Origin: Candidatus Eiseniibacteriota bacterium
GTDB lineage: Bacteria > Eisenbacteria > RBG-16-71-46 > DASYSL01
Direction: 5' to 3'
NCBI GenBank assembly: GCA_031431875.1
Contig: JANPEF010000094.1
Coordinates: 1-58,878 of the forward strand
DNA: 58,878 bases
This document shows positions 8,743 through 18,137 of this stretch, one piece after another. The stretch's first letter is position 1. Each line of letters opens with the position of its first letter. The translations under genes were made by a program, and so were the position numbers. The notes beneath the pieces are model-generated. The model was not told where the DNA came from. It saw only the letters and a list, made by a program, of their open reading frames with translations, and did no database searches.

Positions 8743-8782
8743 AAACCCCCGCGGGGCTCAGGCCCTGCGGGGGTTTTCGTTT
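8743..8782. terminator. bidirectional intrinsic terminator
   Basis: AAACCCCCGCGGGGC-TCAG-GCCCTGCGGGGGTTT hairpin with T-tract downstream and A-tract upstream, between convergent genes. Confidence 0.85.
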
Positions 8783-8816
8783 GGTGCGCCCGGCAGGGCG
8801 TTGCGCCCGATGGGCG

Positions 8817-9461
8817 CTAGCTAGCCTTGGCTCTGTACTTGATCGAGCAGCCCAGCGCCTTCGTCTGCGCGGTCGCCACCGACTTGCCGGAGGCGACGGC
8901 CGTGACCGCGTTCTCGAGGTAGGGCTTGGTCACCTTCGCCGCGTCGTCGGCGTTGTCGTCGATCGCGCCGTGGTAGACGAGCGCGCCGGTGGTGTCGAAC
9001 AGGAACACCTCGGGCGTCCGGCTGGCGCCGAACGCGCGGGCGACGTCGCTCGTCAGGTCCATCGCGTAGGCGAACTTCATGCCCAGCTTCTTCGCCCGCG
9101 CCTGCATGACGTCGTAGCCGTCCTCCTTGTTGCGCGCGGGATCGTTCGAGTTGATGGCCACGACGCCGATGCCGCGCTTGACCGCGTCATTGCCGATCTT
9201 CGCCGCGCGGGCTTCCCACTTCTTGGCCCAGGGGCAGGCATTGCAGGTGAAGATCACCAGCGTGCCCTTCTTGCCCTTGGCCGAAGCGATGGTCACGTCC
9301 TTGCCGTCGACGTTCTTGAGCTTGGCGTCGGCCATCGGAATCGCGGCGCCGAGGGCGATCGGGGTCGGCGCCGGCGCGTTCTGCTGCGCCAGGGCCGGGG
9401 TGACGGGAGCCGCGGCGAGCGCCACGAAGGTGGCCAGGGCGGCGATGGAACGAGCAAACAT
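8817..9461 (-). CDS. exported thioredoxin-fold redoxin (AhpC/TSA, PRX-like1 type)
   Basis: Signal peptide; FTCNACPW, INSND, FGASRTPEVF, YHGAIDD, GCSIKY; GGAGG RBS before ATG 9461. Confidence 0.85.
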   Translation of the reverse strand: MFARSIAALATFVALAAAPVTPALAQQNAPAPTPIALGAAIPMADAKLKNVDGKDVTIASAKGKKGTLVIFTCNACPWAKKWEARAAKIGNDAVKRGIGVVAINSNDPARNKEDGYDVMQARAKKLGMKFAYAMDLTSDVARAFGASRTPEVFLFDTTGALVYHGAIDDNADDAAKVTKPYLENAVTAVASGKSVATAQTKALGCSIKYRAKAS

Positions 9462-9487
9462 GGAGGGCCTCCGAAAGTGTGGGTGCG

Positions 9488-10045
9488 TCAGTTGCCGGAT
9501 GCTAGAGCCGGGAGGACACGGGCGCGCAGCGAGTCGTACGACGCCTTGCCCTCCCACGAGCGGACCCGCCGACCTGCTTCATCGTAGAGGAAGGACCCGG
9601 GGAGTGCGCCAGACCAGGATGGGTCGAGGGTGTCAATAAATTGCATGTCGTCACCGGTCTTGAGGTACGCGGGACCGCCCACGCCCTGCTCGGCGAGGAA
9701 CGACTTTGCATTCGGCAGGTCGTCGGTGAAGTCGGCCGAGACGAAGATCACGCGGAGGCCCTGGTCCGCCAGCTCGTGCGACAGGCGCACCAGGTCGGGG
9801 AACTCCTCGCGGCACGGCTGGCACCAGCTGGCCCAGACATTGACCAGGGTGAGCTTCGCGCCACCGGCGCGGACCGCGGCGACGACCCCCGGGCCGTCGA
9901 CCGCCGTGAACACGATCGAGGCGGTGTCGACGGGGGCGGCGGCTTGAGGTTGCGGGGATTCGTGCCGCTCGGGAGTGCAGCCGGTGAGGACGACGAGCGT
10001 CAGGACGATCGCCGCGACGCGGCCGGGAATGGATCGGGTTCTCAT
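9488..10045 (-). CDS. TlpA/ResA-family thiol-disulfide oxidoreductase lipoprotein
   Basis: Lipobox LTGC; NVWASWCQPCREEFP; WSGALP; ATG overlaps the upstream TGA. Confidence 0.85.
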   Translation of the reverse strand: MRTRSIPGRVAAIVLTLVVLTGCTPERHESPQPQAAAPVDTASIVFTAVDGPGVVAAVRAGGAKLTLVNVWASWCQPCREEFPDLVRLSHELADQGLRVIFVSADFTDDLPNAKSFLAEQGVGGPAYLKTGDDMQFIDTLDPSWSGALPGSFLYDEAGRRVRSWEGKASYDSLRARVLPALASGN

Positions 10046-11082
10046 GGAGTGGGTTCTCCAAAGTCCCTGGCGACGAAGACACGGAACGAGACGGGGACAT
10101 CGAGCTGCGCGCCGGTGGCCCGGCCCCAGAGGGGCACGCGGAGCTCGCCCCCGAGCGTGACTCCGAGCTTCGCCGCGGCGTGGGCAGCGCGCGCCTCGGC
10201 GTAGAGGTCGGTGCGTCCGAGGTTTCCCTCGCTCTCGACGTGGCCCGCCCAGGTCTCGGTGCTCTCGCCGTAGAGCGTCGGCCCGAGCGAAAGGGTCGTG
10301 CGCGGAATGCCGAAGCTGCTCGAGGCGTAGATCTGCCCGAGCATCTGGTCCCCCGCGCGGTAGCCGTCCTGGTTCGTCCACACGCCCCAGCGCGCGATCA
10401 CCTGCGCCGTCGCCGCCCAGCCATCGAAGGCACGAACCAGCCCGAGCGAGGCGATCGGCTGCACGGTTCCACTGCCCATCTGGACGTGCTCGTGCGGCAG
10501 GCCCTCCTCGCCGAGCACGAACGGATTCTCCACCGTGCTGCCGAGCGGCAGGCTCACCCCGGCGCGCGCACCCAGCGTCCAGCCACCACGCTGTGTCCCG
10601 GTCGCGACCAGCAGCCACGGATCGGCGAGGCCGGTGAGGGTCCGGTTCGTGTGGTGAAAGTCCGGCGGATCCGGCGTGAACGGCACGCCTTCGAGCGTGC
10701 GAAACGTGATCTGCTGACGATTGAGTCGCAGCGGCACGAGTGCCTCGACGGCGACGCCGCGAGCGACTCCCCACTGGGCGGAGAGGCTCAAGTCGGCGGT
10801 CTCGATCTTCAGGTCATGCCGGTACGGCGTGACTTCCATCGAGTCGCAGGCCGGGCCCAAGTCCGGGCAGTGCTGTTCATGTTGATTGCGGAATCCACCT
10901 CCGCCCAGCCCCATGCTCACGTGCACGGTGCGGGCCGGCACGGGCAATACGCTCCGCCCGCCGACCGGCAGGCCGGGATTGCTTCAACCGGCTCAGCCCG
11001 CATCGGCGTGGGTCACGCCAGGGAAGACCACGCCGGCGAGCGCGACGATGAAGCCGAGCCCGAGGAGAGGGTGCCGCCTCAC
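10042..11082 (-). CDS. putative selenoprotein: outer-membrane channel-like protein with N-terminal UxxU motif (two in-frame TGA, 346 aa)
   Basis: GTG 11082 overlaps the upstream stop; the signal peptide continues in frame through TGA 10995-10993 and TGA 10986-10984 into ORF 10042..10947; GLADP..L, GVSLPLG and QMGSGT motifs and alternating beta-strands resemble COG4313/MetA-pathway channels. Confidence 0.75.
10944..10982 (-). promoter_or_regulatory. bacterial SECIS-like stem-loop
   Basis: mRNA after the second UGA: A-GCAAU-CCCGG-CCUGCC-GGUC-GGCGGG-CGGAGCGU-AUUGC; the apical loop begins 17 nt after the second UGA and 26 nt after the first. Confidence 0.65.
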
Positions 11083-11768
11083 TTGCCGCCGGCCTTCGCG
11101 ATCGCGCGATCGAGACGGTCGAGGTCGAGGCCCTGGATCGCGGCCACGCGCTTGCCCTTGCCGTCGTAGACGAGGACATAGGGAAGCCCCGAGGTGTTCT
11201 TCAGGTAGCGGCGGGCGAGCGGGGTTTCCCAGTCGACGACATCGAGCTTGCGCAGCGCGATGTCCGGGCGGGCGGCGAGAACGATCTTCATGTGGCGGTC
11301 GACGCTGCGGCAGGGGCCGCACCAATCGGCGTAGAAGTCGACAACGGTGACCTTGCCGGGGACGAGGATCGCGGCGAGGTCCGGCAGGTCCTTGCCGCCC
11401 CGCACGGCGATCGCGACGTCGGACGCCGGATCGAAGCCCTCGGGGGGCAGCCACCGGCCCTTGCCCGGGCCCTCGACTGCAGTGAATCCAGCGCGCTTCA
11501 CGGCGGCGATCAACTCGGAAGTGTCCAGCGGGCGATCAGCGACGATCGTGACTTCGACGCTGCGGCGGTCGAAGCGCAGGCCGGTGATGCCCTTCACCTG
11601 CTTCAGTTGGGGCTTCACCTTTTCCCAGCACGTTGCGCAGTCGAGTCCCTGCAGGGACAGGACGACCTCTTGCGGCGCATCCTTTGCGCCGGCCGAGCAT
11701 GGCGTCGCGAATGCGACGAGCGCAAGCAGCACGAGGAACGCCGCGAGACGGCTGCGAAGCGGGATCAT
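11079..11768 (-). CDS. exported heavy-metal-associated (HMA) domain plus thioredoxin fusion
   Basis: Signal peptide; GLDCATC HMA motif; DFYADWCGPC thioredoxin motif; ATG overlaps the MFS stop. Confidence 0.85.
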   Translation of the reverse strand: MIPLRSRLAAFLVLLALVAFATPCSAGAKDAPQEVVLSLQGLDCATCWEKVKPQLKQVKGITGLRFDRRSVEVTIVADRPLDTSELIAAVKRAGFTAVEGPGKGRWLPPEGFDPASDVAIAVRGGKDLPDLAAILVPGKVTVVDFYADWCGPCRSVDRHMKIVLAARPDIALRKLDVVDWETPLARRYLKNTSGLPYVLVYDGKGKRVAAIQGLDLDRLDRAIAKAGGK

Positions 11769-13180
11769 GACTTCGACAGTACGCTCGTCAGCGGTGCGCG
11801 ACAAGCCTGGGCGACCAGCGCCTCGAGCTCGTCACGCTGCACGCCGCCGGGCCAGTGACGCACGCGCACCGGCGCGCCCGCGGTCCAGTCGGCCTCGAGC
11901 ACCGCGGCCCGGCCGACGAGCGCGCGATGCACCGCGCCCCAGCTCGACTCGTCGAGCCCGGGCGCGTCGAGCAGCGTCTCGACCAGCGTGGCGGGATCGC
12001 GCAGCAGGCGCAGCGACAGCGCCCACACGGCGATCGCCACGGCGAGCACGATCAGCGGCGCGCCGCGGCCGACCGGAAGGATCAATCCCGACACCGCGCC
12101 GCCGATGAAGGCGCCCGAGAACTGGACCATGTTGAAGACGCCGGCAGCGGTGCCCCGTGCACCGCGTCCGGTGTACAGCGTGAGCAGTGCGGCGAGCAGC
12201 GGCTCGATCGCGCCGAACCCGGCCACGAACACGGCGAGGAAGACGGTGGTCAGGCCGAGGTCGCGATGGAACGCGGCGAGTCCGACCAGGCCGACGATCA
12301 TCGCCACGGCGGCGACCGCGAGCACGGCGCGGCGGCGGGACGCGCGGTCGGCGATACGCGAACTGAGCAGGAGCGAGCCCAGGCCCGCCAGCAGCGCGGG
12401 CGCGTAGACCTTCCACAGCGCGAGGTCGGCGACGCCGCGGTCCTTGAGCACGAACGGCACGACGACGAACAGGCCCGTCACCGCTGCGTGCAGCACGAAG
12501 ATGCCGCCGTCGAGCACGAGCAGCGAGCGGTCATGAAACAGCGAGCGCGCCTCGGCCCACGACCACGATCCCGGCGAACCCGGCCGGGCGCGATGGCCGC
12601 GCACCATGTGCGGCACGAGGCGCGTCGGCACCAGGACCTCGAACAGCAGCACGCCGACGATCGAGAGCACGGCCGCCGCGCCGAACACCGCGGGGACACC
12701 AGCCTGCGCCGAGACGAGCGGGCCGAGGAGGAAGCCCGCGGCGAACGCGAAGCCCAGGATCAGGCCCAGCAACGCCATGCCCCGCGTGCGCACCTCGTCG
12801 CGCGTGTGATCGCCGATCAGCGCGATCATCGTCGAGGCCATCGCACCCACGCCCTGGATCAGGCGGCCCACGATCACGGCGCCGATCGAACCGGCCCAGG
12901 CCACGACCGCCGAGCCGAGCGAGAAGATGAGCAGCGCGACGATGATGACGAGGCGCCGGCCGCGCAGGTCCCCGAGGATGCCGAGCGGGACCTGGAAGAT
13001 CGCCTGGGTGAGCCCGTAGGCGCCGAGCGCGATGCCGACCAGGAACGGGGTCGCGCCCGGCAGCCCGGCGGCCCAGGTGGCCATCAGGGGCAGGGCCATG
13101 TAGAGCCCGACCATGCGCAGGGCGTAGACGCCGCTGGTGCCCAGCACGATGCGCAGTTCGTCGCGGGAAAATGGGGCCAT
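11765..13180 (-). CDS. MFS transporter, YajR-like
   Basis: LRMVGLYMALP, GAYGLTQAIFQVPLG.LGD.RGRR motif A; 12 TM helices plus a small C-terminal soluble domain. Confidence 0.85.
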   Translation of the reverse strand: MAPFSRDELRIVLGTSGVYALRMVGLYMALPLMATWAAGLPGATPFLVGIALGAYGLTQAIFQVPLGILGDLRGRRLVIIVALLIFSLGSAVVAWAGSIGAVIVGRLIQGVGAMASTMIALIGDHTRDEVRTRGMALLGLILGFAFAAGFLLGPLVSAQAGVPAVFGAAAVLSIVGVLLFEVLVPTRLVPHMVRGHRARPGSPGSWSWAEARSLFHDRSLLVLDGGIFVLHAAVTGLFVVVPFVLKDRGVADLALWKVYAPALLAGLGSLLLSSRIADRASRRRAVLAVAAVAMIVGLVGLAAFHRDLGLTTVFLAVFVAGFGAIEPLLAALLTLYTGRGARGTAAGVFNMVQFSGAFIGGAVSGLILPVGRGAPLIVLAVAIAVWALSLRLLRDPATLVETLLDAPGLDESSWGAVHRALVGRAAVLEADWTAGAPVRVRHWPGGVQRDELEALVAQACRAPLTSVLSKS

Positions 13181-13185
13181 GCCGC

Positions 13186-13227
13186 ATTGTACCCGGCTTG
13201 CCGCCCGACGGGCGCGGTCGGTATGAT
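13186..13227. promoter_or_regulatory. divergent promoter pair
   Basis: Minus strand: TACAAT (13191-13186), 5 nt before the MFS ATG. Plus strand: TTGCCG (13198-13203), N18, TATGAT (13222-13227). Confidence 0.5.
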
Positions 13228-13305
13228 GCCGGCTCCTCGCGGTGGATCGCCCGGCACGATGCAGGGCGGCCTCGCCTCACCCACGCAGCGGCGGGAAAGG
13301 CCCGG

Positions 13306-14091
13306 ATGCTCGGCTTCCTCGGCGGTCTCCTCGGCAGCTTCGCGCGGTTTCTCGCGGGGCTCCAGGAACTGACGTTGTTCTCGGCGCGGGTCTTTCGATC
13401 CTGCTTCCGGGGGCCGTTCTACTGGCGCGACGTCTACGAGCAGGCCTACGTGGCGGGTGTGGGCTCCATGCACCTGGCGCTCATCTCGGCGTTCTTCGCC
13501 GGGCAGGCGCTGGGCCTGCAGTTCGCGCGCCAGCTCGCCGAGACGGGGACGGTGACCCTGCTCGGCACGCTGATGACCATCGCGGTCGTGCGCGCGCTGG
13601 GGCCCGACCTGATCGGCCTGGTCGTCGCCGCGCGCATGGCCTCGGGCTACACTGCCGAGATCGGCGCCATGAAGAGCGCCAACCAGATCGACGCCCTGGT
13701 CGCCTTCGGCACGGATCCGATCAAGAAGCTGGTCGTGCCGCGCGTGCTGGCGCTGTTCGTCATGTTGCCGTTGCTCGTCATCCTCGGCGACGCGGTCGCG
13801 CTGATCGGCGGCGCGATCATGGCCAAGTACGTGGCGCACGTGTCCCTGAGCCTGTACTGGAGCCAGGCGTCGCGCGCCATGACCTTCGGCACCATCCTGA
13901 TCGGCGTCGTCAAGCCCGCGGTGTTCGCACTCCTGATCTCGTTGATCGGCTGCTGGAAGGGCTTCACCAGCTCGGGCGGCACGCGCGGTGTGGGTCGCTC
14001 GACGACCGAGTCGGTGACCATCGTCTCGGTGATGCTGCTGATCACGGACTTCATGCTGACGCGCGTGCTGTTCGCGCTGTTGCGCTGGTGA
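13306..14091 (+). CDS. mlaE: MlaE-family ABC permease
   Basis: LGP.LIGLVVAAR.ASGYTAEIGAMK..NQIDAL...GTDP...LVVPR, GVGRSTT.SV. Confidence 0.9.
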   Translation: MLGFLGGLLGSFARFLAGLQELTLFSARVFRSCFRGPFYWRDVYEQAYVAGVGSMHLALISAFFAGQALGLQFARQLAETGTVTLLGTLMTIAVVRALGPDLIGLVVAARMASGYTAEIGAMKSANQIDALVAFGTDPIKKLVVPRVLALFVMLPLLVILGDAVALIGGAIMAKYVAHVSLSLYWSQASRAMTFGTILIGVVKPAVFALLISLIGCWKGFTSSGGTRGVGRSTTESVTIVSVMLLITDFMLTRVLFALLRW

Positions 14092-14107
14092 GGCGGGAGG
14101 TGAGGGC

Positions 14108-14911
14108 ATGATCCGCTTCGACCACGTGCACTACTCGATCGGCGGCCGGAAGATCCTCGAGGACGTCTCCTTCGACGTGCAGAAGGGGACGACGAAGATC
14201 ATCCTCGGGCCGTCCGGCATCGGCAAGAGCACGGCGCTGCGGCTGATCCTTGGGCTCGTTCGGCCGGACAGCGGGGACATTCTCATCGACGGACGGAGCG
14301 TGGTGAAGGCGGACCGCGAGGAGCTGGACAAGATCCGCCAGGAAATCGGCATGGTGTTCCAGGACGGGGCGCTGTTCGACTCGCAGACCGTGGGGGAGAA
14401 CGTGGGCTACTGGCGCCTCGAGAACTCGGACCAGACTGACGACGAGATCGAGGCCGTCGTGCGCGAAAAGCTGACGCTGGTCGGGCTCGATCCGGAGCTG
14501 ATCGACTCGATGCCCGACGAACTGTCGATCGGCATGCAGCGCCGCGTCGCCATCGCCCGCGCACTGGCCTCGGGGCATCCCAAGATCATCCTCTACGACG
14601 AGCCCACGACCGGCCTCGATCCGAACTCGCTGGAACTGGTCACCGACGCGATCCTGCGGCTGCGCAACGAGCTGGGCATGACCTCGATCGTGGTCACGCA
14701 TCAGCTTACCGACGCCCTCAAGGTGGGCAGCGACTACCTGTTCCTGTTCGACCGCGGCGTGCAGTTCGAAGGCGATGCCAGGGCACTCGCGGCCAGTGAC
14801 GATCCGAAGTTGCGCCAGTTCCTCGACCCGTTCCGCAAGAGCCTGGCCGAAGCCGCCGAGAATTTCGGCGTGGGTCGTGCCGGTGAAGCCACGAGGGTTC
14901 AGACGCCATGA
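14108..14911 (+). CDS. mlaF: MlaF-family ABC ATPase
   Basis: GPSGIGKS, VFQDGALFDS, LSIGMQRRVAIARAL, LYDEPTTGLDP, VVTH. Confidence 0.9.
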   Translation: MIRFDHVHYSIGGRKILEDVSFDVQKGTTKIILGPSGIGKSTALRLILGLVRPDSGDILIDGRSVVKADREELDKIRQEIGMVFQDGALFDSQTVGENVGYWRLENSDQTDDEIEAVVREKLTLVGLDPELIDSMPDELSIGMQRRVAIARALASGHPKIILYDEPTTGLDPNSLELVTDAILRLRNELGMTSIVVTHQLTDALKVGSDYLFLFDRGVQFEGDARALAASDDPKLRQFLDPFRKSLAEAAENFGVGRAGEATRVQTP

Positions 14912-15840
14912 AACGATCCGGAGACATCCGCTGGGGCGAGCTCCGACTCGGCCTCTTCATCTTCGTCGCACTGGCCGTGTTCCTGTGGGCGTCGATCCAG
15001 GGCGGCACGACCCTGTTCAAGAAGCAGTACGAGCTGCACTCCGAGTTCCCCAACGTGCAGGGCGTGGTCGCCGGCGCACCCGTGTGGTTCCAGGGCGTCG
15101 AGGTGGGCACCGTCAAGACGCTCGACTTCGTCGCCTCGGGCGACTCCTCGAAGGTGCGGATCACGTTCACGGTCAACAACCGGGTGTGGCCGCTCATTCG
15201 CGAGGACTCGAAGGTGAAGATCCAGGCGCTGAACCTGTTCGGCGAGAAGTTCATGGAAGTGACGTCGGGCTCACGCTCGGCCGCCCCCGTGCAGGAGGGC
15301 GCGATGCTCGGCTCGGAGCGCCCGACCGACGTGACCCAGCTGATGGCGCGCGGCGAGGGCATCGTCGACGACCTCGGGGTGACGGCGAAGGACCTCAAGG
15401 AGCTCTCCGCGAAGGTGCGCCGCGGCGAGGGCACGCTGGGCAAGCTGGCCACATCCGACGAGCTGTACACGAACCTCAACTCGACGATTGCGCAGGTCCG
15501 CGCGCTGACCGCCAGCCTGGACAAGAGCCAGGTGCAGATGAGCCGCTCGCTCACCGCCACCGCCAACTCGCTCGACAGCGTGATGACGCTGATCCACTCG
15601 GGCGACGGCACCCTCGGCAAGATGGCCCGCGACCCGGCCCTGTACGACAACCTGAGCCGGGCGAGCGGGCGGGTCGACTCGACGCTGGCGCGGGTCGAGC
15701 GCGGCGAGGGGAGCCTGGGGCGGCTGACCAGGGACGACGCCGCGGCGGTGAACCTGGAGAAGAGCCTCGACCAGCTGAACAAGCTGCTGGCCGACCTGCA
15801 GGCGAACCCGAAGAAGTACTTCAAGGTCAGCGTGTTCTAG
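14908..15840 (+). CDS. mlaD: MlaD/MCE-domain protein
   Basis: N-terminal TM; GAPVWFQGVEVGTV; LFGEKFMEV; repeated G(E/D)G(T/S)LGKL helical units; NPKKYF. Confidence 0.9.
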   Translation: MKRSGDIRWGELRLGLFIFVALAVFLWASIQGGTTLFKKQYELHSEFPNVQGVVAGAPVWFQGVEVGTVKTLDFVASGDSSKVRITFTVNNRVWPLIREDSKVKIQALNLFGEKFMEVTSGSRSAAPVQEGAMLGSERPTDVTQLMARGEGIVDDLGVTAKDLKELSAKVRRGEGTLGKLATSDELYTNLNSTIAQVRALTASLDKSQVQMSRSLTATANSLDSVMTLIHSGDGTLGKMARDPALYDNLSRASGRVDSTLARVERGEGSLGRLTRDDAAAVNLEKSLDQLNKLLADLQANPKKYFKVSVF

Positions 15841-15951
15841 TCGGCCTGCGGACCTCCGGCAGCCCTCCGCAGCCTTGCGGCCCGTTGCAAAATGCACGGT
15901 CCATCCCCTCGTATCGACTCCTGTCGTGAGCTCCCTGATTCAGTTCCTTTC

Positions 15952-15980
15952 ATGACCCGCCGATATCCTTCGGGTATACT
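15952..15980 (+). promoter_or_regulatory. putative sigma70 promoter
   Basis: ATGACC, N17, TATACT; argues against the ORF-track TTG start at 15980. Confidence 0.4.
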
Positions 15981-16036
15981 TGCCCTACCTCGACCACGGC
16001 CTGGAGCCGCGGCCCGACAGGGCGCACGGGGATGTC

Positions 16037-17917
16037 ATGTCCTTTCCAGCCGGGCCCGGCGATCGGGAGCCCCACTCCCTCTCGCCCGAACAACTTGAAG
16101 CATGGCGTCGGCGGTCGGCCCGCAACCGGGTCCGGTCCGTCGAGGAGCAGGCTCCTCGTGCGGTCATCCTGATGGTGGCAATCGTGTTGATCGTCTGGCT
16201 TGCCTTCATGCTGTCGACCGCGCTCTCGACCGTGGGCGGAAACCTGCCCGGCTTGACGGCTTCGGCCGCCGAGGCGGCGACGCCACTTTTGTGCGCCACG
16301 CCGCAGTGCGCGCCCGCCGCGATCCAGGATTACGAGTACTCCGCGCCGGCGAACACGTGGGCCGTCGTCGGTGCCCGCTCCGCCTCGAGCCTGGCCGATC
16401 CCGACGTCTGCATCTTCGACGACGCAGGTCTCACCCAGCCGCGCGCGTGCTCGTCGATCACCGACCAGGGCGGCGTCGACTTCGCCGTCGTCGACTACCA
16501 CCACACCGCCGCCGGCACCGATTACGTCCGTGTGTCGCGCACGGGCGCCAGCGGCGACGTGTGCGCGACACTCGACTGCGCGACGACGACGTTGGTCCTC
16601 AACGGGTCGGCGATCACAACCTCCTGGACGGGGAACAGCGTCGTGCGCTCGTTCAACCTGCCGGTCGGCTCGGGCCGCTACCGCGTGGGCGTCGTCGTCA
16701 CCACGGGCACCGCCGACCTGGGTCTGGCCGTGTTCGACTCGGATGGGCAGATCGGCTACGCGGCCGGCCGCAACGGCGCCATCGCCGAGGCCGATGCGAA
16801 CGGGGCGGGCCAGGGCGAGGGGATCTACTTCGCCTCGAGCTCGTCCGACACGCTGGGGCTGGTCGTGTGGTCGAATACGCCGGGGGGCACCGCGACGTAC
16901 CGCATCGAGTTGCGGTCGGTCGACGGGCTGACCGCGAACTCGGCGCTCAACAAGGGTGGCACCGCGCAGGCCGACTTCCTCTACGCGCCCACGGGCACGC
17001 GCGGCTGGTCGGTGCTGGGCCTCAAACCGGGGACCGGCAACCCGCCGCCGGATGCCGACATCAAGATCTACACGCGGCCGGACTACATCACGCAGCTTGC
17101 GCGCTCGAGCGCCGAGAGCGGAATCGTCGACTTCATCGTCGCCAACTACGCGAACGTTCCCGAGGACACCGCGGCCGTGCTGATGATCTCGCTGGGCCCG
17201 ATCGGCAACTACAAGATCGAGTGGACCTACGGCATGCCCGAGCTGATCGCCGGCACCGACACGCCGCTGTCGATGGGCTCGCACGTCGGCGTGGCGTGGA
17301 CGATGGGGATGGTGGCGGGCGTCGAGTACTTCTGGCGGTTCACGCCCAATCCGGGAACGAAGGGCGACGCGTCGATGTCGGTCTACGGGCCGCGCACGAG
17401 CGAGCCCGCGTTCACCTACGGCACGCGCGCCGACTCGCTCGCAGGCTCGGACATCTGGGGCGAGAGCGTGACCGGCTGGGCTGGTGAGAATGGCGTCGAG
17501 GAGTTCTCGATGATCCCGCAGTTCACGGGCGAGCACCTGCTGTACGTCTACCAGAAGGGCTCGCAGGGCGTGACGGGAACGCTGCGCGTCGATGCGCCTT
17601 CGCTCGTGGGCGTGGGCGAGGGCGGCGGACGCCTCGCCTTCGCGACACCGCGGCCGTCGCCGTCCGGAGCGGGACAGAGCGTGCGCTTCGGCTTCGACAT
17701 GCCGGGCGGCGGTGGCGCGACGCGCCTGGTGATCTACAACGCCGCGGGTCGCGCGGTGCGCACGCTGGTCGACGGGGCGCTGCCGGCCGGGCCGGCGAGC
17801 ACGGCGTGGGACGGGCGGGGTGCCGCGGGAGCCGCGGCCGCCCCCGGGATCTACTTTGCGCGGCTGGAGCGGACCGGGGTGGTGACCGAAGTGCGGCGGT
17901 TCGTGCGGCTGGATTGA
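16037..17917 (+). CDS. surface/secreted beta-rich protein with C-terminal FlgD-Ig-like (T9SS CTD-like) domain
   Basis: N-terminal hydrophobic segment; duplicated W.V.G...AD...Y/F...SS...G.VDF.V..Y unit; C-terminal IYNAAGRAVRTL...WDGR...PGIYFARL; start uncertain. Confidence 0.75.
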   Translation: MSFPAGPGDREPHSLSPEQLEAWRRRSARNRVRSVEEQAPRAVILMVAIVLIVWLAFMLSTALSTVGGNLPGLTASAAEAATPLLCATPQCAPAAIQDYEYSAPANTWAVVGARSASSLADPDVCIFDDAGLTQPRACSSITDQGGVDFAVVDYHHTAAGTDYVRVSRTGASGDVCATLDCATTTLVLNGSAITTSWTGNSVVRSFNLPVGSGRYRVGVVVTTGTADLGLAVFDSDGQIGYAAGRNGAIAEADANGAGQGEGIYFASSSSDTLGLVVWSNTPGGTATYRIELRSVDGLTANSALNKGGTAQADFLYAPTGTRGWSVLGLKPGTGNPPPDADIKIYTRPDYITQLARSSAESGIVDFIVANYANVPEDTAAVLMISLGPIGNYKIEWTYGMPELIAGTDTPLSMGSHVGVAWTMGMVAGVEYFWRFTPNPGTKGDASMSVYGPRTSEPAFTYGTRADSLAGSDIWGESVTGWAGENGVEEFSMIPQFTGEHLLYVYQKGSQGVTGTLRVDAPSLVGVGEGGGRLAFATPRPSPSGAGQSVRFGFDMPGGGGATRLVIYNAAGRAVRTLVDGALPAGPASTAWDGRGAAGAAAAPGIYFARLERTGVVTEVRRFVRLD

Positions 17918-18060
17918 GGCGGGCGCCGGGCTTGCCCGGTCAAGCTCTCGTCAAGCCCACCGGCCCCCGAAAATCGCCGGAACCCTCCCCGGGAACCGCG
18001 GTATTACCCGGCAGGGAGCAGAACCAGGCAGCACCTCCAGAACCTCCATTCGGGCGACGC

Positions 18061-18097
18061 ACAGCAGGGGGGCCTTTACCGGCCCCCTTTGCTGTTT
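18061..18097 (+). terminator. strong hairpin, probable terminator
   Basis: ACAGCAGGGGGGCC-TTTACC-GGCCCCCTTTGCTGT followed by a short T run. Confidence 0.5.
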
Positions 18098-18137
18098 CGG
18101 TGGTCCACGGGGTACCGAACGTGGCAGACTGCGCCCC

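Noticed and set aside
10984..10995. TGA reassigned to Trp/Gly genome-wide, or a simple nonsense pseudogene
   Set aside because: TGA terminates most genes in the window. Two stops at exact CxxC spacing with an adjacent hairpin and an otherwise intact ORF fit Sec better, although a pseudogene cannot be excluded without finding sel genes.
13306..15840. mlaEFD as a dedicated sphingolipid exporter
   Set aside because: It is separated from the spt operon by another operon and has its own promoter; proximity alone is not evidence.
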